Source of the DNA: Candidatus Woesearchaeota archaeon
GTDB lineage: Archaea > Nanobdellota > Nanobdellia > Pacearchaeales > GW2011-AR1
Direction: 5' to 3'
Assembly: GCA_964545065.1 (NCBI GenBank)
Contig: CAZJEO010000002.1
Span: 132,879 to 196,878 of the forward strand
DNA: 64,000 nt
Part shown: piece after piece, positions 1-9,486 of the stretch
Numbering within the stretch: the stretch's first letter is position 1
Layout of the letters: each line of letters starts with the position of its first letter
The notes under the pieces: model-generated
Database searches by the model: none
The model's input: only the letters and a program-made list of their open reading frames with translations
Told to the model about the DNA's origin: nothing
Translations under genes and position numbers: made by a program

Positions 1-2
1 AA

Positions 3-347
3 TATGCTATAGCTAATGGGAAGGTAGATGCAGGTGCTAGCAGTGATAATGTTTATCAAAGGATGGTAGATGCAGGAGAAATTGATCCAGAAGTAAATAT
101 TATTATCCATGAATCAGAACCAATACCTGGCTCACCAATCGTAGTTAGAGGCAATTTGCCAACTGAACTAAAGATAAAGATTCAACAAGTTTTAATTGAT
201 ATGGACCAACAAATAATTCATAAAGTTGATGGATGGGGAGGAATTGTAAGTTACCAGAAAGTCTCAGATAGTGATTATGATGTTATACGGGAAACTGCAA
301 GAATCTTAGGTATGGATGTTGCAAATCCAGAAGCTGCTAACAAATAA
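3..347 (+). CDS. phnD: Phosphonate/phosphite-type ABC transporter substrate-binding protein, C-terminal part (5' end lies outside the window)
   Basis: The frame is open from the window edge (YAIANGKVDAGASSDNVYQRMVDAGEIDP...). The PhnD-like C-terminus is followed directly by phnC- and phnE-like genes. Confidence 0.6.
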   Translation, partial: YAIANGKVDAGASSDNVYQRMVDAGEIDPEVNIIIHESEPIPGSPIVVRGNLPTELKIKIQQVLIDMDQQIIHKVDGWGGIVSYQKVSDSDYDVIRETARILGMDVANPEAANK

Positions 348-393
348 TTTTTTTTATTTTTTTTTATTTTTTAATAAAACGTACTAATTCAAA

Positions 394-1149
394 ATGATAA
401 AAATACAGAATTTAAATCATACCTATGAAAATAGAAAGGAATGTGCATTAAAGAATATTAATCTTAATATTGAAAAAGGGGAAAATATAATATTGTTAGG
501 CCCAAGCGGTTCTGGGAAATCAACTTTGATAAAATGCATTAATCGACTTATAGAGCCTACTTCTGGAGATATTTTTATTGAAGAAGAAAATATTTTAACT
601 TTGAAAGAAAAAGAAGTAATAAGAATCAGGAAAAAGATAGGAACCATTTTTCAAGAATTTAATTTAATAGAAAGTGACACGGTTTTAAAAAATGTATTAA
701 ATGGTCGGTTGGGATTTTTAAGTACCATTGATACTTTTTTTAATAAATTCAAAAAAGAAGATTATGAAATTGTGGAACAGAATTTAAAAGACGTGGGATT
801 ATTTGATTTGAAAAAAGAAAGAGTTTGTAATTTAAGCGGGGGACAAAAACAAAGAGTGGCTATTGCTAGGGCATTATCCCAAGAACCTAAAATTATGTTG
901 GCTGATGAACCTGTTTCAAATCTTGATCCCAAATTAATGACAGAAATTTTAGATTTATTACTGGGAATTTGTAAAGAAAGGCAAATAACTTTGATTACAA
1001 GTTTACATTTTGTGGAGTTAGTTAAAAAATATGCCTCAAGAGTTATTGGAATTTCTGAAGGTTCAATAATTTTCGACAATACTCTTGAAGAATGGGAAGA
1101 TGAAGAAAATTTAAAAGAAAATTTAAAAAAATTAGGTTATTTGGATTAA
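394..1149 (+). CDS. phnC: ABC transporter ATP-binding protein, phosphonate-import type
   Basis: Walker A GPSGSGKST, ABC signature LSGGQKQRV, Walker B IMLADEP. Sits between the binding-protein and permease genes. Confidence 0.85.
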   Translation: MIKIQNLNHTYENRKECALKNINLNIEKGENIILLGPSGSGKSTLIKCINRLIEPTSGDIFIEEENILTLKEKEVIRIRKKIGTIFQEFNLIESDTVLKNVLNGRLGFLSTIDTFFNKFKKEDYEIVEQNLKDVGLFDLKKERVCNLSGGQKQRVAIARALSQEPKIMLADEPVSNLDPKLMTEILDLLLGICKERQITLITSLHFVELVKKYASRVIGISEGSIIFDNTLEEWEDEENLKENLKKLGYLD

Positions 1150-1162
1150 AAAATTAAATAAA

Positions 1163-1960
1163 ATGAATATAAAAAAGATTTTAAAAACAAAATATAGAGG
1201 ATTATTTATTGGATTGCTTGTTGTTCTGATATATTATTGGGCAATTACTGGTACAGAAACTAATATAATCAATTTCTTTGGGGGTTTTAAATTCATGGCT
1301 GATTTTGTTGGCAGAATGTTCCCTCCAGATGTGTCAAATCTAGGGAGATTTATTTCAAAAGCATTGGAAACTTTACAAATGGCAATTGTGGGTTCTACAA
1401 TCGGTGCTCTAGTTGCTTTTCCACTATCTTTTTTAGCTGCAAGAAACGTTACACCAAATAAATTTGTTTATCATACAGTTAGAACAATTTTTGATATTTT
1501 TCGAGGAATAAATGAAATTGTGTGGGGTTTAATTTTCGTTTCAATGGTTGGACTTGGACCTTTTCCAGGGGTTTTGGCTCTGAGTGTTCATGTTACTGGT
1601 GCACTAGGAAGACATTTTTCAGAATCAATAGAAACTGTAGATCCAAAAACAATTAAAGCAATTGTTTCAACAGGTGCAAATAAAATACAAGTGGTCCTTC
1701 GTGGAATTTTGCCACAAGTAAAACCCTTGTTCATTAACTATTCATTATATTATACTGAAAATAATTTTAGAGCAGCTACTGTTTTAGGGTTGGTTGGAGC
1801 AGGAGGTATTGGTATGGAATTATTAACAAGTATGAGATTATTCAAAAACCAAGAAGTATTAACAATCCTTATAATTATGGTGGTGATGGTCATAGGAATA
1901 GATAGATTTAGTGCATATATCCGAAAAAGAGTTGTAAAAGGAAAGGGTGTTTCTTATTAA
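1163..1960 (+). CDS. phnE: ABC transporter permease, PhnE type
   Basis: Multi-TM protein of 265 aa that follows phnC. It has a PhnE-like EAA-type loop region (ESIETVDPKTIKAIVSTGANKIQVV). Confidence 0.8.
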   Translation: MNIKKILKTKYRGLFIGLLVVLIYYWAITGTETNIINFFGGFKFMADFVGRMFPPDVSNLGRFISKALETLQMAIVGSTIGALVAFPLSFLAARNVTPNKFVYHTVRTIFDIFRGINEIVWGLIFVSMVGLGPFPGVLALSVHVTGALGRHFSESIETVDPKTIKAIVSTGANKIQVVLRGILPQVKPLFINYSLYYTENNFRAATVLGLVGAGGIGMELLTSMRLFKNQEVLTILIIMVVMVIGIDRFSAYIRKRVVKGKGVSY

Positions 1961-2101
1961 GACGTTTTATTTCTTTTCATTTTTCTAAAAACTGATTTTA
2001 AAATATACAAATCATTTCTATCCAAACAATTAGTTAGGAGAATCAAAAGAGTGTAAGGGGCTACGAAGAAAGTCCCACATGATTTATGAAAAAATAAGAG
2101 A

Positions 2102-2614
2102 TTAACCCTTCACTGCCACAACTTTTATCTCTTCTTTCCCCATATTGAATGGAAGCAAATTTTGAATGATTCTTTTTAACATATTTTTTTGAACTTGAAC
2201 ATAATTAATCTTTATATTTTTAAATCCAGCCATCTGAAATAAATACTTAAGATGGCTCGGAACAAATAAATGATAATGATGATTGTCTATATGCTTTTTG
2301 GTTTGCCTCTCCACATATAAATTATGGTCGTTTTTAATATGAAAAATTAAAAACCCTGCATTATCTGTTTGTAAATGCATCTCCCCCCCCCCTTTCTTCA
2401 GAACTCGATAACATTCTTCCATAAAACTCTTTAAATCTCTTAAATGTTCTAAAACACGGTAACAAATGATTTTATCGAAAATGTTATCTTCATAGGGTAG
2501 TCCTTCTTCAATGTTACATATCTTTGTTGTGGCAGGAGTCTTCATAAAATCAATTCTATCTGTTCCTTCAAATCTTTGCCCACAGCCCACATTTAGTACC
2601 CTTTTCTCAGCCAT
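2102..2614 (-). CDS. Class I SAM-dependent methyltransferase (Methyltransf_11-like)
   Basis: Motif I LNVGCG, plus VLEHL and LKKGG motifs. The gene contains a G10 tract on the coding strand at 2383-2392. Confidence 0.75.
   Translation of the reverse strand: MAEKRVLNVGCGQRFEGTDRIDFMKTPATTKICNIEEGLPYEDNIFDKIICYRVLEHLRDLKSFMEECYRVLKKGGGEMHLQTDNAGFLIFHIKNDHNLYVERQTKKHIDNHHYHLFVPSHLKYLFQMAGFKNIKINYVQVQKNMLKRIIQNLLPFNMGKEEIKVVAVKG
2383..2392 (-). repeat. G10 homopolymer (C10 on the plus strand) inside the methyltransferase coding sequence
   Basis: catctcccccccccctttc on the plus strand. The coding strand reads aag aaa ggg ggg ggg gag (KKGGGE). Confidence 0.95.
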
Positions 2615-2742
2615 CTAAACTTAAATTATAAGGGCCTTAAAAAGTTTTTGTTTGGAAAAATCTAGGGTCTGCGAAGACCTACTTACCCCCATATAGATGA
2701 TAAAAAATTTCTTAGATTCAATATAGATAAAGAATTGACAGT

Positions 2743-3798
2743 TTATATTTCCAAAAGATACTTTAATGTCTCATCTTTTAATTTTTCTTCAGAAGAATCA
2801 TTAATTATAAAATTTCTGCCTTCTCTGGAAAGTTTATCTCTCTCTATTCTGGGCAATAAGAAAAATTTATCTATTTCTTTTTGTATTTTTTCTAGATTAA
2901 ATGGAACTTTTTTAACAGACTTTGTAGTTAAGGTCTCAAAAGTATCTAAATCAAAAAGTATTACCGGAGTTCCACATGCTAAAGATTCTCGTGGTGGAAG
3001 AGGGTGGCTATTTCTTTTACTAAAAAATAAACTTAAATCTGATAAGTTGTAATAATCTGGAAGTTTCTTATTGAGAATGTGCGGAATGTGAGTTACATTT
3101 TTAAATTTTTTATTTTTAAAGTTCTCGTCTTTTAATTCCCCGATTAAGACGAATTTTTTATCTTGATTTTTTTGAATTAACTCAAGTAAGTAATCAGAGC
3201 CTTGCTCAAATTCAATTCTACCAACATAGATAAGAATTTTATCCTTATCATTAAATCCGAACTTGCTTCTTAACTGTTTCTTATTCTTTGGCCTGAATAT
3301 ATGGACATTTATGGGAACTAGTAAACAAAATATCTTTTTTTTACTCAGGAAGAGGAACTTCCTCATAATTTCTCTTACCTTTTTACCACTACTTAAGAAA
3401 CGATCTGTAAAAAATTGAGAAAATAGAAAAAAACAATTTCTTAAATTAATTTTGGGGTTTCCATGAAGATAATTTATTGATTTGGTTTTTGTGAAGAATG
3501 TTGCTAAAAATAATGCCAATGCAATCTCTGCCATGCCAGTCAAGCTAACAACTGCTCCTATTTTATTATCCTTGCAGAATTTCCTTAATCTAAATGGAAC
3601 GATAAATTTTTTATCGGGAAATTCTGTTATTTTCGTTCTTTTTAATTTATACTTTTTCCTATCAAATTTGCTTGCGCAAACAATGAATAATTCTACATCT
3701 TTTGGAAAAATTTTTTCATAATAACTCATAATCACCTGTCTTGCATGATCATAATGGCCAAGGAAGAAACAAATTCTTTTTATCATTATGGGGTACAT
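2743..3798 (-). CDS. Glycosyltransferase, GT-B fold (GT1/GT4-like)
   Basis: C-terminal PPRESLACGTPVILFD resembles the EX7E/nucleotide-sugar-binding region of GT4 enzymes. Lies in the glycan locus. Confidence 0.7.
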   Translation of the reverse strand: MYPIMIKRICFFLGHYDHARQVIMSYYEKIFPKDVELFIVCASKFDRKKYKLKRTKITEFPDKKFIVPFRLRKFCKDNKIGAVVSLTGMAEIALALFLATFFTKTKSINYLHGNPKINLRNCFFLFSQFFTDRFLSSGKKVREIMRKFLFLSKKKIFCLLVPINVHIFRPKNKKQLRSKFGFNDKDKILIYVGRIEFEQGSDYLLELIQKNQDKKFVLIGELKDENFKNKKFKNVTHIPHILNKKLPDYYNLSDLSLFFSKRNSHPLPPRESLACGTPVILFDLDTFETLTTKSVKKVPFNLEKIQKEIDKFFLLPRIERDKLSREGRNFIINDSSEEKLKDETLKYLLEI

Positions 3799-3921
3799 AA
3801 AAAGAGAAGTTTAAAAACATTGCTTCACTGAAATAATAAATACTTTTATTTGAACAAAATTAATTTGAAAAATAGATTTTAACACCATAATTGTTATAAA
3901 GAGAACTATTTACAAGAACAT

Positions 3922-5070
3922 ATGGAGGGAGAAAATAAAGAACTGGAAACTTTAAAAAAAGAGAATGAGAAACTTACTGAGGAATTAAAAAGATTTCAAA
4001 ACCAAGGCAATAACAAGAAAAAGAATAACTATTATTCCCACTATAAAGCTGCGCACCACACAGAAAGGATAGCGCAATTGAAAAAAGGGGGGGTAATCTA
4101 CCCAGTATTTGTGCAAATTGATTTAATCAATGCCTGTAATATTGATTGCAGTTTTTGTTCGTATAAGTTAGGAAATTATTCCTCAGATCAGATAAAAGAT
4201 TTTGATCGTGGAGACAAATTAAATAAAAATATTGTCTTTAGGATATTAAGAGAAATGAAGAAAGCAGGGGTAAAAGCAGTAGAGTGGAGCGGAGGGGGGG
4301 AGCCAACTCTTCATCCAGATTGGAAAGATATTGTCAAAGTAGCAAAAGAGTTGGGATATGAACAAGCACTTGTGACTAATGGGACACTCTTGGACGATGA
4401 AGGAATTGATTTAATAAAAGATTTTGAATGGGTTCGATTTTCTATTGATGCTTCGACAGAGGAAACATACAATCAAGTAAAAAGAAAACCAGAATTAAAG
4501 TTGGCCTTGGAAAATCTTAAAAGGTTAGTTGAAATAAAAAATCCTGAAAATATTGTTGGAGTCAGTTTTGTTGTGTGTAAAGAAAATTATCATGAAATTC
4601 ATGAGGCGGCAAGGTTAGCAAAAACTCTTGGCGCAGACAATATCAGATTCTCTCTTGCTTATACTCCCCAGGGAAAAGAAATGTTTGATGGGATATGGGA
4701 TAACACAATAGAACAAATAGAAAAAGCAAAACAAGAAAAAACAGAAGATTTTAAAGTTTTTGCGTTTCCGAATAGGATTGATGAAATATCGCAAAAGACA
4801 AAAAGTGATGCTTGTTATTTTCATGAATTTGTTGCAACTATTGGTGCTAATGGGGCTGTTTACCCTTGTTGTTTATTAAAATACAATCCCAAGTTTAATT
4901 TTGGAAATTTAAATGATAACTCATTTGAGGACATATGGTTTGGAGACAAAAGAAAAGAATTTGTAGGCCAAATTAGAAGAGGTTGTAATTACAGTTGCTG
5001 GATGACTGATAAAAATAATTTTATAAGTTACTTTTTAGAAAGAAACCCATCACATGTGAATTTTATTTAA
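3922..5070 (+). CDS. Radical SAM protein with a Cys-rich C-terminal (SPASM/twitch-like) region and an N-terminal coiled coil
   Basis: CNIDCSFCSY (CxxxCxxC) and the GGGEPT SAM-binding motif. The C-terminus has CYFHEF...YPCCLL...CNYSC. Confidence 0.8.
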   Translation: MEGENKELETLKKENEKLTEELKRFQNQGNNKKKNNYYSHYKAAHHTERIAQLKKGGVIYPVFVQIDLINACNIDCSFCSYKLGNYSSDQIKDFDRGDKLNKNIVFRILREMKKAGVKAVEWSGGGEPTLHPDWKDIVKVAKELGYEQALVTNGTLLDDEGIDLIKDFEWVRFSIDASTEETYNQVKRKPELKLALENLKRLVEIKNPENIVGVSFVVCKENYHEIHEAARLAKTLGADNIRFSLAYTPQGKEMFDGIWDNTIEQIEKAKQEKTEDFKVFAFPNRIDEISQKTKSDACYFHEFVATIGANGAVYPCCLLKYNPKFNFGNLNDNSFEDIWFGDKRKEFVGQIRRGCNYSCWMTDKNNFISYFLERNPSHVNFI

Positions 5071-5071
5071 G

Positions 5072-6397
5072 ATGGAACTAACTGACATGAAAAAATCAAT
5101 TCCAAAAATAGTAATAATTGGAGCAGGGCTAACTGGTTTGAGCTTAGCATATTTCCTTGAGGAAGAAAATAAAAAAGATTACATCTTGCTCGAAGGTTCT
5201 TCTGAAATCGGGGGATTATGTAAAAGTATTAGGAAAAATGGATTTGTATTTGATTTAGCTCCCCACTTGTTGCACCTAAAAAATCCAGAAATTATAGAAT
5301 TAGTGAAAAAGCTATTAGGGGATGAACTAACACTAAATACCCGAAAAGCGGGAATAGTTTTTGGTGGTAAAATTATTCCGTACCCTTTTCAGTATAATCT
5401 TTACCATTTAGATGAAGAGATAAAAAAAGAATGCTTGGATGGTGCTATTGAAGCAAATAAAAAATTTAGTGAAGAAAAAGAATCTGATAATTTTGGGGAG
5501 TGGATAAAAATGACTTTTGGAGAGGGTATTGCAAAATACTTCATGACTCCATATAATAAAAAATATTATTGTGTTGATCCTAATGAACTAACCATGGATT
5601 TTTTTAAAAAATATATCCCTAAGACACGTTTTGAAGAAATAAGGCAAGGAGCAATATCTGACATGTCTGATTCTAAGGCTGGATACTTTCATGAGTTTTA
5701 TTACATAAAAAGCGGGGGAATTGATTATCTGCCAAAAGCTATGGCTAAGGGAGTTCAAAACATTAGACTAGATGAAAAGGTGATTCGGATTGATTTGGAT
5801 AAGAAAATAGTATTCACAGAAAACTCAGAGTATAATTATACTAATTTGGTTTCCACGATTCCTATTAATAAACTTATTCAATTGATGGGTAGAGTTCCGG
5901 ATGAAATTAAAATTGCACGTGAAAAATTAAGATGCAATAGCATAAGTCTTGTCTTTTTGGGAATTAATCGGCCCAAGATCTCTGACCATCATTGGTTATA
6001 CTTGCCTCAAGAAGATATTTTGCCTTTTAGAATAACTTTTCACAAAAATCTTTCAGAAAATATGGTCCCTACAAATATGAGTTCAATTTGTGCAGAGTAT
6101 TCTTATCTTGGTGATAAAAAATTTACAGATGATGAAATAATTGAAAAAACAATTGATGACTTAATTAAAATTGGTGTTATTAAAAACAAAGAAGAAATAA
6201 TTTTTAAAGACTCTATTGATTTGCCTTATGCTTATCCTATCTTTGATTTAAATAGAAAAGAAAATTTAAAATTGATAAAAGATTATTTAGATAAACATGA
6301 GATAATATCTATTGGACGATTTGGAACATGGGAGTATTCTCCTATGGAAGACGGAATTATCCAGAGCAAGCATGCTGTCTCTAGATTAATCTCATAA
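5072..6397 (+). CDS. FAD/NAD(P)-dependent oxidoreductase, UDP-galactopyranose-mutase-like
   Basis: N-terminal dinucleotide fold IVIIGAGLTGLSLAYFLEE. The C-terminal GRFGTWEYSPMEDGI resembles the UGM/amine-oxidase family C-terminus. Confidence 0.6.
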   Translation: MELTDMKKSIPKIVIIGAGLTGLSLAYFLEEENKKDYILLEGSSEIGGLCKSIRKNGFVFDLAPHLLHLKNPEIIELVKKLLGDELTLNTRKAGIVFGGKIIPYPFQYNLYHLDEEIKKECLDGAIEANKKFSEEKESDNFGEWIKMTFGEGIAKYFMTPYNKKYYCVDPNELTMDFFKKYIPKTRFEEIRQGAISDMSDSKAGYFHEFYYIKSGGIDYLPKAMAKGVQNIRLDEKVIRIDLDKKIVFTENSEYNYTNLVSTIPINKLIQLMGRVPDEIKIAREKLRCNSISLVFLGINRPKISDHHWLYLPQEDILPFRITFHKNLSENMVPTNMSSICAEYSYLGDKKFTDDEIIEKTIDDLIKIGVIKNKEEIIFKDSIDLPYAYPIFDLNRKENLKLIKDYLDKHEIISIGRFGTWEYSPMEDGIIQSKHAVSRLIS

Positions 6398-6486
6398 ATG
6401 TGCAGATGTTTGTTAATTAAGTTCTGTTTTCATGAGAAACTCAAGAGTATAACTAAATTTATATAGTCCATATCAACTCAATTATT

Positions 6487-7293
6487 ATGATATATTTGAC
6501 AGGGGATGTCCATGTAAAAATCCCTCCAGGGAATTGGGAGCAAAAAAACATTGAGTCAGAAGTTGCCGCTTCAGAAAAATACCTCAAAATATTAGCAAAA
6601 TATAATATTTCTTGCACACTTTTCATTAATGGTATCTGCTTTAATAAAAACAAAGAAGGGATCAAGCAATTATTGGAATATGATGTGGAACTTGGGGGGC
6701 ATACTTATAATAATTTCGGTGGGATGGATATAGTTAGAAGTTATATCACTAGAAAACTTTTTGGTAATATCTATGGACCTTCTTTTTACCAAAAGAGGGA
6801 CATTAGAAAAACAAAAGAGGCCTTTGAAAAGTTTGGATTAAAGATGACCTCTTGGAGAACGCATGCATTTGGTTCGAATAATGAAACATTTAGATTATTG
6901 AAAAAGGAGGGGGTGATGTACGTCTCTGATTTGATTGGAGATCAAGGATGTTTTGCAGATAAAAATGGGCTTATCCATTTACCCCTTAATATTTCTATAG
7001 ACCAGAACACAATTGCTTATGGTATTCTTAAACCTGAAAATAGGGACCCTTTTTCTTCAAGTTGCACGAAGGGAAGAATAAAACCAGAAGAATGGTTTGA
7101 AATTATAAAAAAAAGAATAGATGAAAATGAGAGAGAAAAAATTCCGAGCATAATTTTAATTCATCCAGCAACAATGGCTTTTTTGGATGATTTTCAATTA
7201 TTCGAAAAAGTTGCTAAATTTCTATCAAAATATGAATCTAAGAAAGTTTCTGAATTTGAATACAATGAAAAAATCAAATCTTATAAAGAATGA
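6487..7293 (+). CDS. Putative polysaccharide deacetylase-like hydrolase
   Basis: Weak CE4-like pattern (LTGDVH, GGHTYNN, ILIHPATM) in a glycan locus. Its first 9 and last 30 codons recur as a deletion derivative at 9685-9804. Confidence 0.4.
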   Translation: MIYLTGDVHVKIPPGNWEQKNIESEVAASEKYLKILAKYNISCTLFINGICFNKNKEGIKQLLEYDVELGGHTYNNFGGMDIVRSYITRKLFGNIYGPSFYQKRDIRKTKEAFEKFGLKMTSWRTHAFGSNNETFRLLKKEGVMYVSDLIGDQGCFADKNGLIHLPLNISIDQNTIAYGILKPENRDPFSSSCTKGRIKPEEWFEIIKKRIDENEREKIPSIILIHPATMAFLDDFQLFEKVAKFLSKYESKKVSEFEYNEKIKSYKE

Positions 7294-8655
7294 GAATATT
7301 TCAGTAAAAACCATGGATGATAAACAAAAGAGAAGAATCTTATTTATCTATCCTGCAAATGACGGTGAATCATTGGGGATAGAGTATCTTTCTGGGAGTC
7401 TTAGAAAAAGGGGGCATAAAACAGATTTAATCCTCTTTAGAGAAATTGAGGGGTTTGAAAGGGAATTAAAACAAAATATAAAAAGTTTTGACCCGGATTT
7501 TGTGTGCCTTTCTGTTGTTACAGACAATTATTCTTGGGCATGCAAGATATCAAGAATTATTAAAAAAGTAAAGGAAATTCCAATAGTTTTTGGAGGAATT
7601 CAAGTAACCTCCTGTCCTGAAGAAGTTATAAGTAATGATTTTGTAGATTACGCAGTCCTTGGAGAAGGGGAAGAAGCGATAGTCGAATTGGTTGAAAATC
7701 CTAAAAATCCAAACATAAAAAATGTCTGGTTTAAGAAAAATGGTAAAATAATTAAAAACAACTTAAGATCCTTAGTTCAAAATCTAGATTTATTGTCTTT
7801 CCCAGATAAAGAACTTTTTTATAAAAAAACTCCTCACCTTAAGAATAATTATTGGTGCATAACTAGTAGGGGATGTCCTTTTGGGTGTAGTTATTGCTTT
7901 AATCACTATCTCAGAAAATTGTATGAGGGACAGAGATGGTTAAGGAGAAGGAGCGTTGAGAATGTTATTGAAGAGTTAAAGATAATGAAAGAGAAAGGGG
8001 GCTGTAAAAATGTGCTTTTTTTTGATGATTGTTTTACCTCTGATAAAGAATGGTTAAGAAAATTCATTAAAGAATATAAAAAAGAAATCAATCTTCCTTT
8101 TGAATCTATCTCTATTCCGATTTTTATTGATAAAGAAGTTGCTTCTCTTTTAAAAGAAGGAGGGTGTATAAAAGTCCAAATGGGTGTTCAGACGCCTATT
8201 GAAAGAATAAGAAAAGAAATATGCAAGAGAGGAGATACTAATGAAGATATTGAAATAGCAGTTAATGAACTTAAAAAACAAAAGATAGCGGTCTCATTAG
8301 ATCACATATTTTCGTTGCCTTCTGAAAAAATAGAAGACTATGATGAGGGGTTAAAATTCTATATAAAACTTAAACCAACAATATTCAAAATCTTTAAGTT
8401 GGGTTATTACCCCAATACAGAAATAATGAAGATAGGTAAAGAATATAAAACAATAGATGAAGAAACTGAAAAGAAAATCATTGGGGGGGATTTTTCGTCG
8501 GGAATTATGCTGCATCGCAAAGAGGGAGAAAAGAAATTTGAAGAAATTTTTAAATTTATCCAATGGATTCCAATTTTTCCGAGAGGGTTTAGTAGATTTC
8601 TTCTTAGAACAAGGTTATATCGCAAAATTCCAAAAAATAAGTATATTACTAAAAT
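7204..8655 (+). repeat. Left copy of a 1452 nt apparently identical direct repeat (partner 9715-11166)
   Basis: Constant offset of 2511 nt. The forward ORF and three independent reverse/alternate-frame ORFs translate identically in both copies. The first mismatch I found is at 8656/11167. Confidence 0.85.
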
Positions 8656-8788
8656 CCCTATTGTAATTCCAGATTTTTATACAATAAAATTAATGAAACG
8701 TTTTTTTAGGGTAAGGAAGAATAGGAGGATAGTAAAAATTAAGTTGTATAAATCTAAATTGAAAAACATCTTCTTGGGAAATAATTAA
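7313..8788 (+). CDS. B12-binding-domain radical SAM protein, copy A
   Basis: N-terminal cobalamin-binding-like domain (RRILFIYPANDGESLGIEYLSG), then CPFGCSYC (CxxxCxxC). ATG 7313 is preferred as the start. In-frame ATG 7265 and the track start 7187 both overlap the upstream gene. Confidence 0.8.
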   Translation: MDDKQKRRILFIYPANDGESLGIEYLSGSLRKRGHKTDLILFREIEGFERELKQNIKSFDPDFVCLSVVTDNYSWACKISRIIKKVKEIPIVFGGIQVTSCPEEVISNDFVDYAVLGEGEEAIVELVENPKNPNIKNVWFKKNGKIIKNNLRSLVQNLDLLSFPDKELFYKKTPHLKNNYWCITSRGCPFGCSYCFNHYLRKLYEGQRWLRRRSVENVIEELKIMKEKGGCKNVLFFDDCFTSDKEWLRKFIKEYKKEINLPFESISIPIFIDKEVASLLKEGGCIKVQMGVQTPIERIRKEICKRGDTNEDIEIAVNELKKQKIAVSLDHIFSLPSEKIEDYDEGLKFYIKLKPTIFKIFKLGYYPNTEIMKIGKEYKTIDEETEKKIIGGDFSSGIMLHRKEGEKKFEEIFKFIQWIPIFPRGFSRFLLRTRLYRKIPKNKYITKIPIVIPDFYTIKLMKRFFRVRKNRRIVKIKLYKSKLKNIFLGNN

Positions 8789-8791
8789 AAA

Positions 8792-9280
8792 ATGAGAAAA
8801 CTAAACTTCGGATGTGGAAAGGATGTAAGGAAAGGATGGGATAATTGTGATATCCAAAAAGAAGCCCCCATTAGTTTTAATTTTAATAAATTCCCTTATC
8901 CTTTAAAAAAGAACTATTATGATTACCTTCGGATAAATTCAGTTTTAGATTATGTAGAAAAACCAGAAGAAGTTCTCAATGAGTTATGGAAACATTCTGC
9001 TAAAGAGGGTATAATCGAAATTTGGTGTGGTTATTGGAATTGTATAGGGTCTTGGAATCTATTAATCTCCAAAGGAGGATTTTCCCGTGAATGTTTTCTA
9101 TTATTTATTAAAAGTGATTATATAATTAATCAAAAAAGAAAATTTAAGATAGAACTTTTAGAATTAATCCCAACCACTGTTGGAAAATGGATTTACCCGA
9201 AATGTTTAAGGGAAAAACTGTCTCTTTTTTTCGGAGGAATTATTTCGCAGGTTCATGTTAAACTGAAAGTTATTAAATAA
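8792..9280 (+). CDS. Small class I SAM-dependent methyltransferase-like protein
   Basis: LNFGCGKD...GWDNCD motif I and a VLDYVEKPEEVLNEL region. Same family as the 2102-2614 gene. Confidence 0.6.
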   Translation: MRKLNFGCGKDVRKGWDNCDIQKEAPISFNFNKFPYPLKKNYYDYLRINSVLDYVEKPEEVLNELWKHSAKEGIIEIWCGYWNCIGSWNLLISKGGFSRECFLLFIKSDYIINQKRKFKIELLELIPTTVGKWIYPKCLREKLSLFFGGIISQVHVKLKVIK

Positions 9281-9286
9281 TTTAAT

Positions 9287-9435
9287 TTAATTCTTTTTCT
9301 TACAAAAACAAGTATAATTAATTGCCCCAAGCAGTCCAAAATAAGAGGGGAAGCTCATTGTAAATTTTTGTTTCTTAAGATATTTTTTAAGATCCTTTAC
9401 ATTTTTTAAATCTTTTTCCATATCTCTCCCAATAG
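9287..9435 (-). pseudogene. Remnant: last ~48 codons of a paralog of the 11394-12155 methyltransferase
   Basis: The minus strand reads ...DLKNVKDLKKYLKKQKFTMSFPSYFGLLGAINYTCFCKKKN*. The intact gene ends ...NLENLEDLKKFLKKQKFTMRFPSYFGLFGAINYTCFCKKKN*. Confidence 0.8.
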
Positions 9436-9486
9436 ATATTAAATTCCTTTTCGATTAATTTTTAATCCTGACTTTGATTAGAAAAA

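Noticed and set aside
1961-2740. Short GC-richer hairpin-like motifs flanking the 2102-2614 methyltransferase: ggtctgcgaagacc at about 2668-2681 and gggctacgaagaaagtccc at about 2057-2075.
   Set aside because: Only one forms a clean stem (ggtct-gcga-agacc). The two are not convincingly related. They could be terminator-like or chance features, and there is no further support.
7187-7312. The extended N-termini of the two B12-rSAM ORFs given by the track (MIFNYSKKLLNFYQ... and MMKKLLNFYQ...).
   Set aside because: These residues are the out-of-frame read-through of the 3' end of the deacetylase-like gene and its remnant. The conserved protein starts near MDDKQKRRILFIYP (7313 / 9824), or possibly at 7265 / 9776.
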